Shown here piece by piece: positions 34,786-42,270 of a stretch of 64,000 nucleotides of DNA. Source of the stretch: Actinomycetes bacterium (lineage in GTDB: Bacteria; Actinomycetota; JAHEXW01); NCBI GenBank assembly GCA_023251915.1, contig JAHEXW010000006.1, positions 1,489 through 65,488 on the forward strand. The letters are read 5' to 3'. The first letter of the stretch is position 1. Every line of letters begins with the position of its first letter. A program made the translations under genes and the position numbers. The notes below the pieces were generated by a model. The model had not been told where the DNA came from. It was given only the letters and a program-made list of their open reading frames with translations, and searched no databases.

Positions 34786-34866
34786 GGCGAAACGGATAGA
34801 AAGGGATTATTTTCTTTTCGGGTTCCGTGCGGGAACATATCCGTTTCGCCTCTTATTCTTCTTCTT
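34786..34866 (+). ncRNA. Candidate small structured RNA, or 5' leader structure
   Basis: A sigma70-like promoter lies just upstream: TTGACT at 34749-54, 18-nt spacer, TAGAAT at 34773-78. The 13-bp perfect inverted repeat GGCGAAACGGATA...TATCCGTTTCGCC (34786-98 and 34838-50) encloses an inner hairpin GTTCC-GTGCG-GGAAC. A U-rich tract TCTTATTCTTCTTCTT follows. Prediction from sequence only. Confidence 0.3.
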
Positions 34867-35033
34867 CAACCCATCCGCAACAATAATCAGGTACCGGATG
34901 ATGAGTCAAAGTATTACTCTTATCGGCACCGTGCCCGGCAAAACTTAGAAAAATGTAAGTAAGCGCTTTCATGCATTTTCGGCCGCGTTGTCAGTATCGG
35001 CCGTGATGCTAACTCGACCAGGTGTTTGGTCGC

Positions 35034-35063
35034 TTGACTCGCGTCCGGCAATACCGTATAGTT
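35034..35063 (+). promoter_or_regulatory. Putative sigma70-type promoter for the cold-shock gene
   Basis: TTGACT (35034-39), 17-nt spacer, TATAGT (35057-62), about 90 nt upstream of the csp ATG. Confidence 0.35.
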
Positions 35064-35150
35064 TCCTTGTTCGCGATTTATATGACCGAATAACTGTGGT
35101 ATAGCGAGCAAGACCGCAAGTGCAAGTCATGAATTGGAGGTAAGAAGAAC

Positions 35151-35354
35151 TTGGAAAGCGGAAAAGTGAAATGGTTTGACAACAAGAAAGGCTACGGCTT
35201 CCTGGAAAGGGAGGGTGGCGATGATGTGTTTGTCCACTTCAGCGCCATTGAAGGCGACGGCTACAAAAGCCTGAGCGAAGGCCAAGCTGTCGAATTTGAA
35301 ATCGTCGACGGCGACAAGGGCAAGCAAGCCAGCAACGTTAAAATTAGCGAATAA
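35151..35354 (+). CDS. cspA: Cold-shock protein, CspA family
   Basis: [12 protein letters not shown] (RNP1) and VFVHFSAI (RNP2). 67 aa. Confidence 0.9.
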   Translation: MESGKVKWFDNKKGYGFLEREGGDDVFVHFSAIEGDGYKSLSEGQAVEFEIVDGDKGKQASNVKISE

Positions 35355-35377
35355 AGCTTCTTTGCGTGCCATATAAA

Positions 35378-35407
35378 GAGGGGCTCTTCGGAGCCCCTCT
35401 TTTTTTA
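35378..35407 (+). terminator. Rho-independent terminator downstream of csp
   Basis: AGAGGGGCTC-ttcg-GAGCCCCTCT followed by TTTTTTTATT. Confidence 0.7.
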
Positions 35408-35411
35408 TTCG

Positions 35412-35465
35412 GTCATTGCGAGGAACGCAGTAACCTGCCTACCGGCAGGCAGGCGCGGCAACCTC
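35412..35465. repeat. Intergenic repeat family copy A (GTCATTGCGAG...20-bp palindrome...GCAACCTC)
   Basis: gtcattgcgaggaacgcagtaa-CCTGCCTACCGGCAGGCAGG-cgcggcaacctc. The same frame and palindrome appear at 53763-53828. Same ends at 48841-48884. Confidence 0.55.
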
Positions 35466-35485
35466 ATCAATGATATATTCTCCCT

Positions 35486-36316
35486 ATGACAATAGACATC
35501 TACATCCCAACCGGCTTTGTTTTTCTCTATGGCCTGGCAATCGGTAGCTTTCTCAATGTGGTCATTTACCGCGTACCGCGCGGCAAAAGTATCGTCTCCG
35601 GAGGCAGTGCTTGTCCGGGCTGCGGCGGTTCGATCCGCTGGTACGACAATATTCCCCTCGTCAGCTATCTGATTCTAAGAGGCCGATGCCGGGGTTGCGG
35701 CGCGCCGATCTCGCCTCGCTATCCGGCCGTTGAATTATTGACCGCGGCAATCTTCTCGGGGATATTCTTACAGCTGGCTTTGGGCGGAGCGCCCTCCGGC
35801 GGGCCGGCGGCAATTTGGACCGTTCCCTGGATACTTCGCCTGCTGGCATACCTCTGGTTTGGCGGCGCGTTAATCGCCTGTGCCTTCATCGACGCCGAGC
35901 ACCGCATCATCCCCAACCGGATCGTCTTTCCCACGTTTCTTATCGGCCTGGTCCTCCTGTTGGCCGCCGATTATCACGCCTGGTCAGGTATGTTTTTAGG
36001 CGTTCTCGCCGGCGGCGGCATTCCGCTCTTGTTGCTGTTGCTTAGCCCTCTCTTGTTAAAACGACAAGGCATGGGCATGGGCGACGTCAAGCTGGGAGCG
36101 ACAATGGGTCTGTTTCTGGGGTGGCAGCTAGTATTGCTGGCCATCTTCTTCGCTAGTCTGGCAGGGTCGTTCTATAACCTGCCCAAGATGTTTGGCGGTG
36201 CGGAGAAACGGCGACAGGCCTTTCCCTTCGGACCATTCTTGGCGATAGGCGCGCTGGCCGCTTTCTTCATCGGAACTCCGCTAATCACCTGGTATTTAGG
36301 CCTGTTTAATTTTTAG
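35486..36316 (+). CDS. A24-family prepilin peptidase (TadV/CpaA/PilD-like) with N-terminal Cys4 zinc-finger
   Basis: CPGCGGS...CRGCGAPI zinc-finger motif. Multi-TM body with conserved Asp residues (IDAEHRIIPN, GMGMGDVKLG). Confidence 0.85.
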   Translation: MTIDIYIPTGFVFLYGLAIGSFLNVVIYRVPRGKSIVSGGSACPGCGGSIRWYDNIPLVSYLILRGRCRGCGAPISPRYPAVELLTAAIFSGIFLQLALGGAPSGGPAAIWTVPWILRLLAYLWFGGALIACAFIDAEHRIIPNRIVFPTFLIGLVLLLAADYHAWSGMFLGVLAGGGIPLLLLLLSPLLLKRQGMGMGDVKLGATMGLFLGWQLVLLAIFFASLAGSFYNLPKMFGGAEKRRQAFPFGPFLAIGALAAFFIGTPLITWYLGLFNF

Positions 36317-36522
36317 ATCTAGATTTTATAATCCCTACACTCTTATTAATCCCAATACTCTCGGCTTTTCCCCCACGTCGTCTTTGTACTCTCCGTACTT
36401 CTTGTGCTCCTATAAATGCAGAGATGCCTTATAAGCCGGTTTGAGCAGACAGCCGAGCAACATGGGGGTGTTGCGCGGTCCGAGGTGGCTTATTAAGACA
36501 TCTCCACTGTAGGGTTTTGAGA

Positions 36523-36538
36523 GCGAACACGTGTTCGC
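36523..36538. promoter_or_regulatory. Perfect 16-bp palindrome GCGAACACGTGTTCGC in convergent intergenic region
   Basis: Read directly. Lies between the prepilin peptidase stop (36316, +) and the fba stop (36586, -). Candidate bidirectional terminator stem or regulator-binding site. Confidence 0.35.
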
Positions 36539-36585
36539 CTTTCCTAAATGATATCAGAAAAGAACGCCCGGCGCAACAAGTTTTG

Positions 36586-37446
36586 CTAAGCTTTGTTGTC
36601 GCTGCCGAACAGGCGGATCTTTGTTTCCACAACGTTTTGTACCGCCTCTATACCGACCGGCATGTATTTATAGGGCGTGACGTTGTCCGGCTCGTCGATG
36701 AACTCCCGTTTCAGCCCCTCGTGGAACGCAATGCGCAGCTCAGTACTGACGTTGATCTTCGATACTCCCAACTCGATGGCGCGGCGAATCTGATCGGCAG
36801 GGATGCCGGAGCCGCCGTGCAACGAGAAATATGTTTGGACTCGGTCCGTTATGGCCGCCAGCCGGTCGAAATCAAGCGTCGGCGGGTTCTTGTACACCCC
36901 GTGAATGTTTCCTATGGCGACAGCCAGAACATCGACGCCGGTCGCCGCAACAAACGACATCGCTTCGTCCGGAACAGTTAATGTATCGGGAGATATCTTT
37001 ATCTCCTCGGTATGCGCTTCAGATGCGCCGGTGATATGGCCAATCTCCCCTTCTATCAGCAGACCCTTTTCGTGCGCCAAAGCAACGACTTGTTTGGTCA
37101 GGCGGACGTTCTCGTCGTATGGCAATGACGAACCGTCCAGATGAATTGACGTATATCCCGCGTCTATAGCCTGACGGGCCTGCTCCAGGTGTTTGCCGTG
37201 GTCCAGATGCAACACCACTGGAACTGACACGGATTCGGCCAACTCTTTGACTTCGGCAAACGCTATGGCTGGTGACATATAGCCCATTTCGCCCTCTGAC
37301 GTTTCGATTATGACCGGCGCGTTGAGCTTTTCCGCCGCTGCGATTATGGCTTTCGAAACCTCCAGCAAAGACGTATTGAAGGCACCTATGGCGTAGCGCC
37401 CGGCACGCGCTTTCCTGTATAGATCAGCAGATGTTACCAACATCAT
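36586..37446 (-). CDS. fba: Class II fructose-/tagatose-bisphosphate aldolase
   Basis: HLDHG, metal-binding His residues, and EGEIGHI motifs of class II FBA. Confidence 0.9.
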   Translation of the reverse strand: MMLVTSADLYRKARAGRYAIGAFNTSLLEVSKAIIAAAEKLNAPVIIETSEGEMGYMSPAIAFAEVKELAESVSVPVVLHLDHGKHLEQARQAIDAGYTSIHLDGSSLPYDENVRLTKQVVALAHEKGLLIEGEIGHITGASEAHTEEIKISPDTLTVPDEAMSFVAATGVDVLAVAIGNIHGVYKNPPTLDFDRLAAITDRVQTYFSLHGGSGIPADQIRRAIELGVSKINVSTELRIAFHEGLKREFIDEPDNVTPYKYMPVGIEAVQNVVETKIRLFGSDNKA

Positions 37447-37468
37447 TTCTCCTCTATAAACGCGTCGT

Positions 37469-38629
37469 CTAGGTTTGCTTTCTCACTGTGATGTCTTTGT
37501 ATCGTGCGACCAGATCCTCGGCAGCCGGCACGGTCAGAGTCCCGGCGTGCGCTCCATCGCTGGCAACCACAGAGGCGGCGTTGGCGGCGGCCATACGCAG
37601 CGACGCGGCAACGTCACCGTCGGTGTGCACCAGACCGGCTGCATAGGCGGCGCCGAATGCGTCCCCCGCCCCCGTTGTGTCGACCACGCGGGCCGGATAA
37701 GCCGGCATGAAGTAAATACCGTCGCCGTCGGCCGCGTACGCGCCCGCCGCCCCGTCAGTAATGACGGTGTGGCGCGCGCCCCAGCCCTGCATCGACAGCA
37801 TTAGATCGGGTATCGTCCGCGTGGCGGCGCCGGGATCGGCCGAGCGAACCAGTTCGGCGGCTTCCCGGCGGTTAACGATTAGGACATGCGCCAATGCGAT
37901 CAGCCCTCTCAACGCCGGATAGCCGGCGGCGATCTGCGTCTGTCCGGGATTAAATATCAGCTGAATGGAATCGGCTCGCACCTTAGCTTCTATGCGCGGC
38001 AGCAATTCGGCTGAAGCGCCAATTAAAGACGTTAGGTATAGCCAGCGCGTGTCGATCTCGGCTAGGCCTTCAAGTGCTAAACCGGCCCCTGCCCCAGGAT
38101 AATGGAACAAGACGTGGTCGGCGCCGGGAACAGTGATAACAAAAGAGAGGCCGGTGTGCCGGTCGCGGTCCCGCTCGACATACCTGTGGTCGACGTGCCG
38201 GCTGGTCATTTCTCCCAGCAGCACATCTCCGGTGCCTTCGCTGCCGATTCGGAAGGCGGCCGCGACATTTAGGTCCATTTTAGCCAGGGCGAGCGCTGTG
38301 TTGAGCGCTCCGCCGCCAAACGAGAAGACGGCGTCATCGGTCACTATCTTAGAGCCGTACTCGAAGCCCAGATAGAGCGGGCTGGCCGACTCTGACGGCG
38401 GCCCGGATAGGACCCTGCCCTCGGCAACGCGAAAAAAGATGTCCCGTGTTCCCGTTCCGATAGTCACAAAATCAAACACTATGCTCCATGTACTCCTCGC
38501 CTGCCGACCTAAAGGACGGCAGCTACCGCTTTCAAAAGGTATGCTTTGTCTCAAATGACGTAAACTCGCCCTTCGCCTGTTCCCAAAATACTTCGACATT
38601 GGCGACGCGAGCCGCCGGCGGTCCGGCAT
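37469..38629 (-). CDS. PfkB-family carbohydrate kinase (ribokinase superfamily)
   Basis: C-terminal VDTTGAGDAFGAAYAAGL anion-hole/catalytic motif. N-terminal di-Gly region. The start is uncertain because the ORF-track start overlaps the upstream acylphosphatase gene. Confidence 0.8.
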   Translation of the reverse strand: MPDRRRLASPMSKYFGNRRRASLRHLRQSIPFESGSCRPLGRQARSTWSIVFDFVTIGTGTRDIFFRVAEGRVLSGPPSESASPLYLGFEYGSKIVTDDAVFSFGGGALNTALALAKMDLNVAAAFRIGSEGTGDVLLGEMTSRHVDHRYVERDRDRHTGLSFVITVPGADHVLFHYPGAGAGLALEGLAEIDTRWLYLTSLIGASAELLPRIEAKVRADSIQLIFNPGQTQIAAGYPALRGLIALAHVLIVNRREAAELVRSADPGAATRTIPDLMLSMQGWGARHTVITDGAAGAYAADGDGIYFMPAYPARVVDTTGAGDAFGAAYAAGLVHTDGDVAASLRMAAANAASVVASDGAHAGTLTVPAAEDLVARYKDITVRKQT

Positions 38630-39023
38630 GGCACCAATCGATTACGTGTCGCACATCCTCTTTGGGGCCCTCCAGCACGAGTTCGACAGATCCGTCGCCT
38701 CGGTTTCTGACCCAACCGGTGAGCCCGGCGGCGCTTGCATGCTCCTGCGCCTGAGCCCTGAAGAAAACTCCCTGCACCTTTCCGGTTACGACCACCCGCG
38801 CCCGCACATTTGCGATTGCCGCGCGACCTGAAGGATTCAAGGGATCCGAGCGACTCCCGTCTTTCAAGTCCTTCAGGTCTTGCACGTCTCTCAGGTTTTC
38901 GCGCTCTTCGATCTTCCGTCGCTTATCCGGAATCACGCGCTCTGACGGCGCGGTCGGCTTGCGGACCTTCTTATATGCGTCCAGGAACTCCTTCTTTTTT
39001 GCGGGGTCGTTTTCTTGCTTCAT
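38532..39023 (-). CDS. acyP: Acylphosphatase with Lys/Arg-rich ~75-aa N-terminal extension
   Basis: C-terminal ~90 aa VVVTGKVQGVFFRAQAQEHASAAGLTGWVRNRGDGSVELVLEG carries the acylphosphatase signature (VxGxVQGVxFR, GWVxN). The N-terminal part is low-complexity and basic. Confidence 0.7.
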   Translation of the reverse strand: MKQENDPAKKKEFLDAYKKVRKPTAPSERVIPDKRRKIEERENLRDVQDLKDLKDGSRSDPLNPSGRAAIANVRARVVVTGKVQGVFFRAQAQEHASAAGLTGWVRNRGDGSVELVLEGPKEDVRHVIDWCHAGPPAARVANVEVFWEQAKGEFTSFETKHTF

Positions 39024-39127
39024 AGCCGTATTATAGGTTGGTCGGGGACCAAATTGCTAAATGTTTCACTTTTGCAAGCCGATATTATTACTAACCTCGC
39101 TAATGAGGAGTACTCGAAAGCAGGTGT

Positions 39128-39616
39128 GTGATGAAAGAAGATTTTGTCGAACTAAAACTTCAGTTCCTAAAGGGACAAGTCGAGATCAAGGACAGCAAAG
39201 ATCCCGATTTCCCGGACGGACAATATCAGTCATATTCGCGCCTGGTGCGCAAGGTCGGCGATAAACTTTACCTCGAGATGGTCATGTCGAACAAAAACTC
39301 GCACCTGCGTTGCCATAAATGTAAGCGGCGCATCCCCTTGTTCTATCCTTTTGGCTATGTCTACAAGCAGATAGCCTGCAGTGAGGGCGAGTCGATTGTG
39401 GTCTGCATGGACTGCATGAGCAAAACGGCCGACCGCGAGATGTCTTCCTTTATCATGACCTACGGCCAAGCGGACCTGCCCCGCAGCTGCGACAAATGTC
39501 CCGACAAAAACGACCCCGCCACCTGCCCCGTTAAGCAAAAATGGGACAAGATAGGCGGCGAAGTCACGGACGAGATTGAGGCGTTCTTAGACGAGAGGGA
39601 AAGAAAAAAGCGTTAA
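39128..39616 (+). CDS. Cysteine-rich hypothetical protein (8 Cys in CxxC-like pairs; putative Zn-binding)
   Basis: 162 aa with CHKC, CMDC, CDKC and ATCP motifs. Visibly lower GC than neighbours. RBS AGGTG upstream. No family recognised. Confidence 0.5.
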   Translation: MMKEDFVELKLQFLKGQVEIKDSKDPDFPDGQYQSYSRLVRKVGDKLYLEMVMSNKNSHLRCHKCKRRIPLFYPFGYVYKQIACSEGESIVVCMDCMSKTADREMSSFIMTYGQADLPRSCDKCPDKNDPATCPVKQKWDKIGGEVTDEIEAFLDERERKKR

Positions 39617-39732
39617 GACGTCCAGACAACGGACGGCCGGGTTTCGGGGAGGTTCCCGGCCGCCCTACTTTGGAGAGGAGCTCGCTTCGCGCGAATAACG
39701 TGCGGCGGGCTCTTTTCCTTTTGTAGGGACGC

Positions 39733-40656
39733 CTAGCGGCCTAGCCTGGCCAGCGCCTCCGTCAGATCCTTGGGCAAATCATCATGGAAAGTCATGCGCT
39801 CTCCGGTCAGCGGGTGGTTGAACGTTATGGCGGAAGCGTGCAGGAACTGGCGTTTAAGGCCGAGCGCCGTGTCGGCTTTGTCGCCGCCCCCATAGAGAGG
39901 GTCGCCCGCAACCGGATGCCCCAGATGAAGCATGTGTACGCGGATCTGGTGAGTCCTTCCCGTCATCAGCGATATTTCGACCAACGTATAGCCTTTAAGC
40001 TGCTCGATCACTCGCCAGCGAGTTTCCGCCAGGCGGCCTCGTTTCGGGGCGACGGCCATTTTCTTCCGGTCCTTGGGGTGGCGGCCGATGGGTTCGTTGA
40101 CTACACCGCTGTCCGCCGGCAATTTGCCCCGCACCAGGGCAGTGTACGTCTTCCCTATCGTTCGGTTCTTAAGCTGATTGGACAGGCCATGGTGCGCGGC
40201 GTCAGTCTTGGCGACCAAAATCAGCCCCGAAGTGTCTTTGTCCAAACGATGGACGATGCCCGGCCGATCGGTGCCTCCAACCCCAGACAGACCTCGCGTG
40301 TGGCTTAGGAGAGCGTTAACAAGGGTTCCGGAGGCGTGTCCGGGTGCGGGATGTACAACCAAACCGGCCGGTTTGCTCAAGACGATCATGTCGTGGTCCT
40401 CGAACTTGATGTCCAGAGGGATGTCTTGTGCCGTTAGCGCGGATTCGGTCGGCTCCGGTATCTCGATTTCCAGAATCATTCCGCCCGCCGGCAAATCGGC
40501 TTTGGACGCAGGCCGACCGTCCAAATGAATCATTTCCTGCTCGACGAGCTTTTGGATGCGAGCCCTAGACAAACCGGAATGGCGAGCGGCGAGAACGTCT
40601 AAACGTTCTCCAGCCTCATCTGCGGTGATCTTATAGCGCCGGCGCTCGCTGGCCAT
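39733..40656 (-). CDS. rluD: 23S rRNA pseudouridine synthase, RluD/RluA family
   Basis: S4 domain at the N-terminus. HRLDKDTSGLILVAKT catalytic Asp motif. Confidence 0.9.
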   Translation of the reverse strand: MASERRRYKITADEAGERLDVLAARHSGLSRARIQKLVEQEMIHLDGRPASKADLPAGGMILEIEIPEPTESALTAQDIPLDIKFEDHDMIVLSKPAGLVVHPAPGHASGTLVNALLSHTRGLSGVGGTDRPGIVHRLDKDTSGLILVAKTDAAHHGLSNQLKNRTIGKTYTALVRGKLPADSGVVNEPIGRHPKDRKKMAVAPKRGRLAETRWRVIEQLKGYTLVEISLMTGRTHQIRVHMLHLGHPVAGDPLYGGGDKADTALGLKRQFLHASAITFNHPLTGERMTFHDDLPKDLTEALARLGR

Positions 40657-40659
40657 AAG

Positions 40660-41418
40660 CTACAGGGCGTCGGTCTGGCGGCGGCGAATCAAAAGGAACA
40701 GAGCAACGCCGAACAACCCCAAGCTGATCAGCTGCGCAAACGTAAATATGCCGAACAAATGCCAGGTGGCGAACCGCGCAAACTCAATTAAGAATCGGCC
40801 GACGCTGTAGAGCAAGAGGTAGACCAGGAAGATGGAGCCGTCTTTCTTGAATGTTTTACCGCGTTCTAGCCGGAAGTAGATGATGCCGAACATAATCAGA
40901 GCCCACAGCATCTCGAGCAGCTGAGTCGGCAGGTACCGGCCGGCGTAACCATTACCCGTGAAATGCAGGGCGAGCGGCGAGTTACTGGCAATGCCATAGC
41001 AGCAGCCGTTCAGAAAGCAACCGATTCGCCCGATTGCCGTCCCGATCGCCAGAGGCGCCGCGACGCTGTCGGCCAGCTGGATCACGTTAAGGTTGCGAAT
41101 GCGCGCCATGATATACATGGCGATTCCGCCGCCTAGCAGACCCCCGTAAAACACCAGGCCGCCCTTCCAAATCGCCAGGATATCGCCGGGCGCCTTCGCA
41201 TAGTAGTCGCTCCAGTGGGCAACAACGAAGAACAGTCTGGCGCCCACGAGCGCGCCTATCGCAACGGCCAACACCAGGTCGTAGGCTATGTCCGGATCCA
41301 TCCCCCGCTTGGCCATTTCGCGACGCATGAAATAGAGGCCGACTAGGAAAGCCAGGGCCAGCATCACCCCGAAGGAGGTGACGGTCACCCAGCCAAGATT
41401 AAACAGTATCGGGTACAT
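40660..41418 (-). CDS. lgt: Prolipoprotein diacylglyceryl transferase Lgt
   Basis: Lgt signature and multi-TM topology (GGLLGGGIAMY, GRIGCFLNGCCYG). Confidence 0.9.
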   Translation of the reverse strand: MYPILFNLGWVTVTSFGVMLALAFLVGLYFMRREMAKRGMDPDIAYDLVLAVAIGALVGARLFFVVAHWSDYYAKAPGDILAIWKGGLVFYGGLLGGGIAMYIMARIRNLNVIQLADSVAAPLAIGTAIGRIGCFLNGCCYGIASNSPLALHFTGNGYAGRYLPTQLLEMLWALIMFGIIYFRLERGKTFKKDGSIFLVYLLLYSVGRFLIEFARFATWHLFGIFTFAQLISLGLFGVALFLLIRRRQTDAL

Positions 41419-41878
41419 CTGGTTCTTCCTTTCCCGGGTTGCGCCGGATATCGACGATCATGGCGATGATAAGCAGAATGACACCGGAAACGATGGCTGA
41501 ATCGGCGACGTTAAAGACGGGAAAATGGGTGACGTGGACAAAATCAGTCACCCAACCCAAACTGACGCGATCGATCAGATTCCCCAAAGCACCGCCCAAT
41601 TCCAAGCCCAGCGCAATGTTAAACCAGGCGTTCGATTCCTTGGTCTGCAGATGATAGAACAATATGAGACCGACGGCGATGACCGTCGCGATGACAAACA
41701 AGGGCTGACGGTGCGAAAACAAACCGAAGGCGGCGCCGGTATTACGAACGTAGGTTAGTTGCAGCCAACCGTTGACGAGAGGAATGGTCTGGCCTTGTTC
41801 CAGGGCGGCCCGCAAGGCGAACTTGGTCGCTTGGTCGGCCGCCAGTATAAAGCCGGCCATCCCTAGTAGCCAATACAT
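41399..41878 (-). CDS. lspA: Lipoprotein signal peptidase II LspA
   Basis: Conserved NxGAAFG and FNVAD motifs. Start set at MYWLLGMAGF (TAATG overlap with upstream dksA-like stop). ORF track extends to 41980. Confidence 0.85.
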   Translation of the reverse strand: MYWLLGMAGFILAADQATKFALRAALEQGQTIPLVNGWLQLTYVRNTGAAFGLFSHRQPLFVIATVIAVGLILFYHLQTKESNAWFNIALGLELGGALGNLIDRVSLGWVTDFVHVTHFPVFNVADSAIVSGVILLIIAMIVDIRRNPGKEEPDVPDTV

Positions 41879-42270
41879 TACCTTTTGTCTTCCTCGGCTG
41901 TTTTGCAGGCCAGGCAGAGGTTGGCGTACGAAACCGCTTTCAAACGAGCGGGGTCGATAACGCCGCCGCACCGGTCGCAAACACCGTATGTGCCGCTACT
42001 CAGCTTCGCGATGGCTATCTCGATCTTGGCCAGCATGTCCTTGATATTGTTTTCCAAAGTAAGGTCGCGTTCCCGTTCAAACCGGGCCGTGCCGTTGTCG
42101 GCCGGGTGTTCGCCATGGGCTGTCTCTCCGCTCATGTCCGATTGCAGCATCTCCAAGTTGCCCTCGTTGATCTCTTTTAGTTCCTCTAAGAGGGCGTCTT
42201 TCTCCTCGTTCAGCCGGCCTAGGTATTTCTCACGCATCTTAGCCGCAGCCTCTTGGTTGAGTTCCATCAT
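41878..42270 (-). CDS. DksA/TraR-family C4 zinc-finger protein
   Basis: C-terminal CDRCGGVIDPARLKAVSYANLCLAC four-Cys zinc finger. N-terminal coiled coil. Confidence 0.8.
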   Translation of the reverse strand: MMELNQEAAAKMREKYLGRLNEEKDALLEELKEINEGNLEMLQSDMSGETAHGEHPADNGTARFERERDLTLENNIKDMLAKIEIAIAKLSSGTYGVCDRCGGVIDPARLKAVSYANLCLACKTAEEDKR

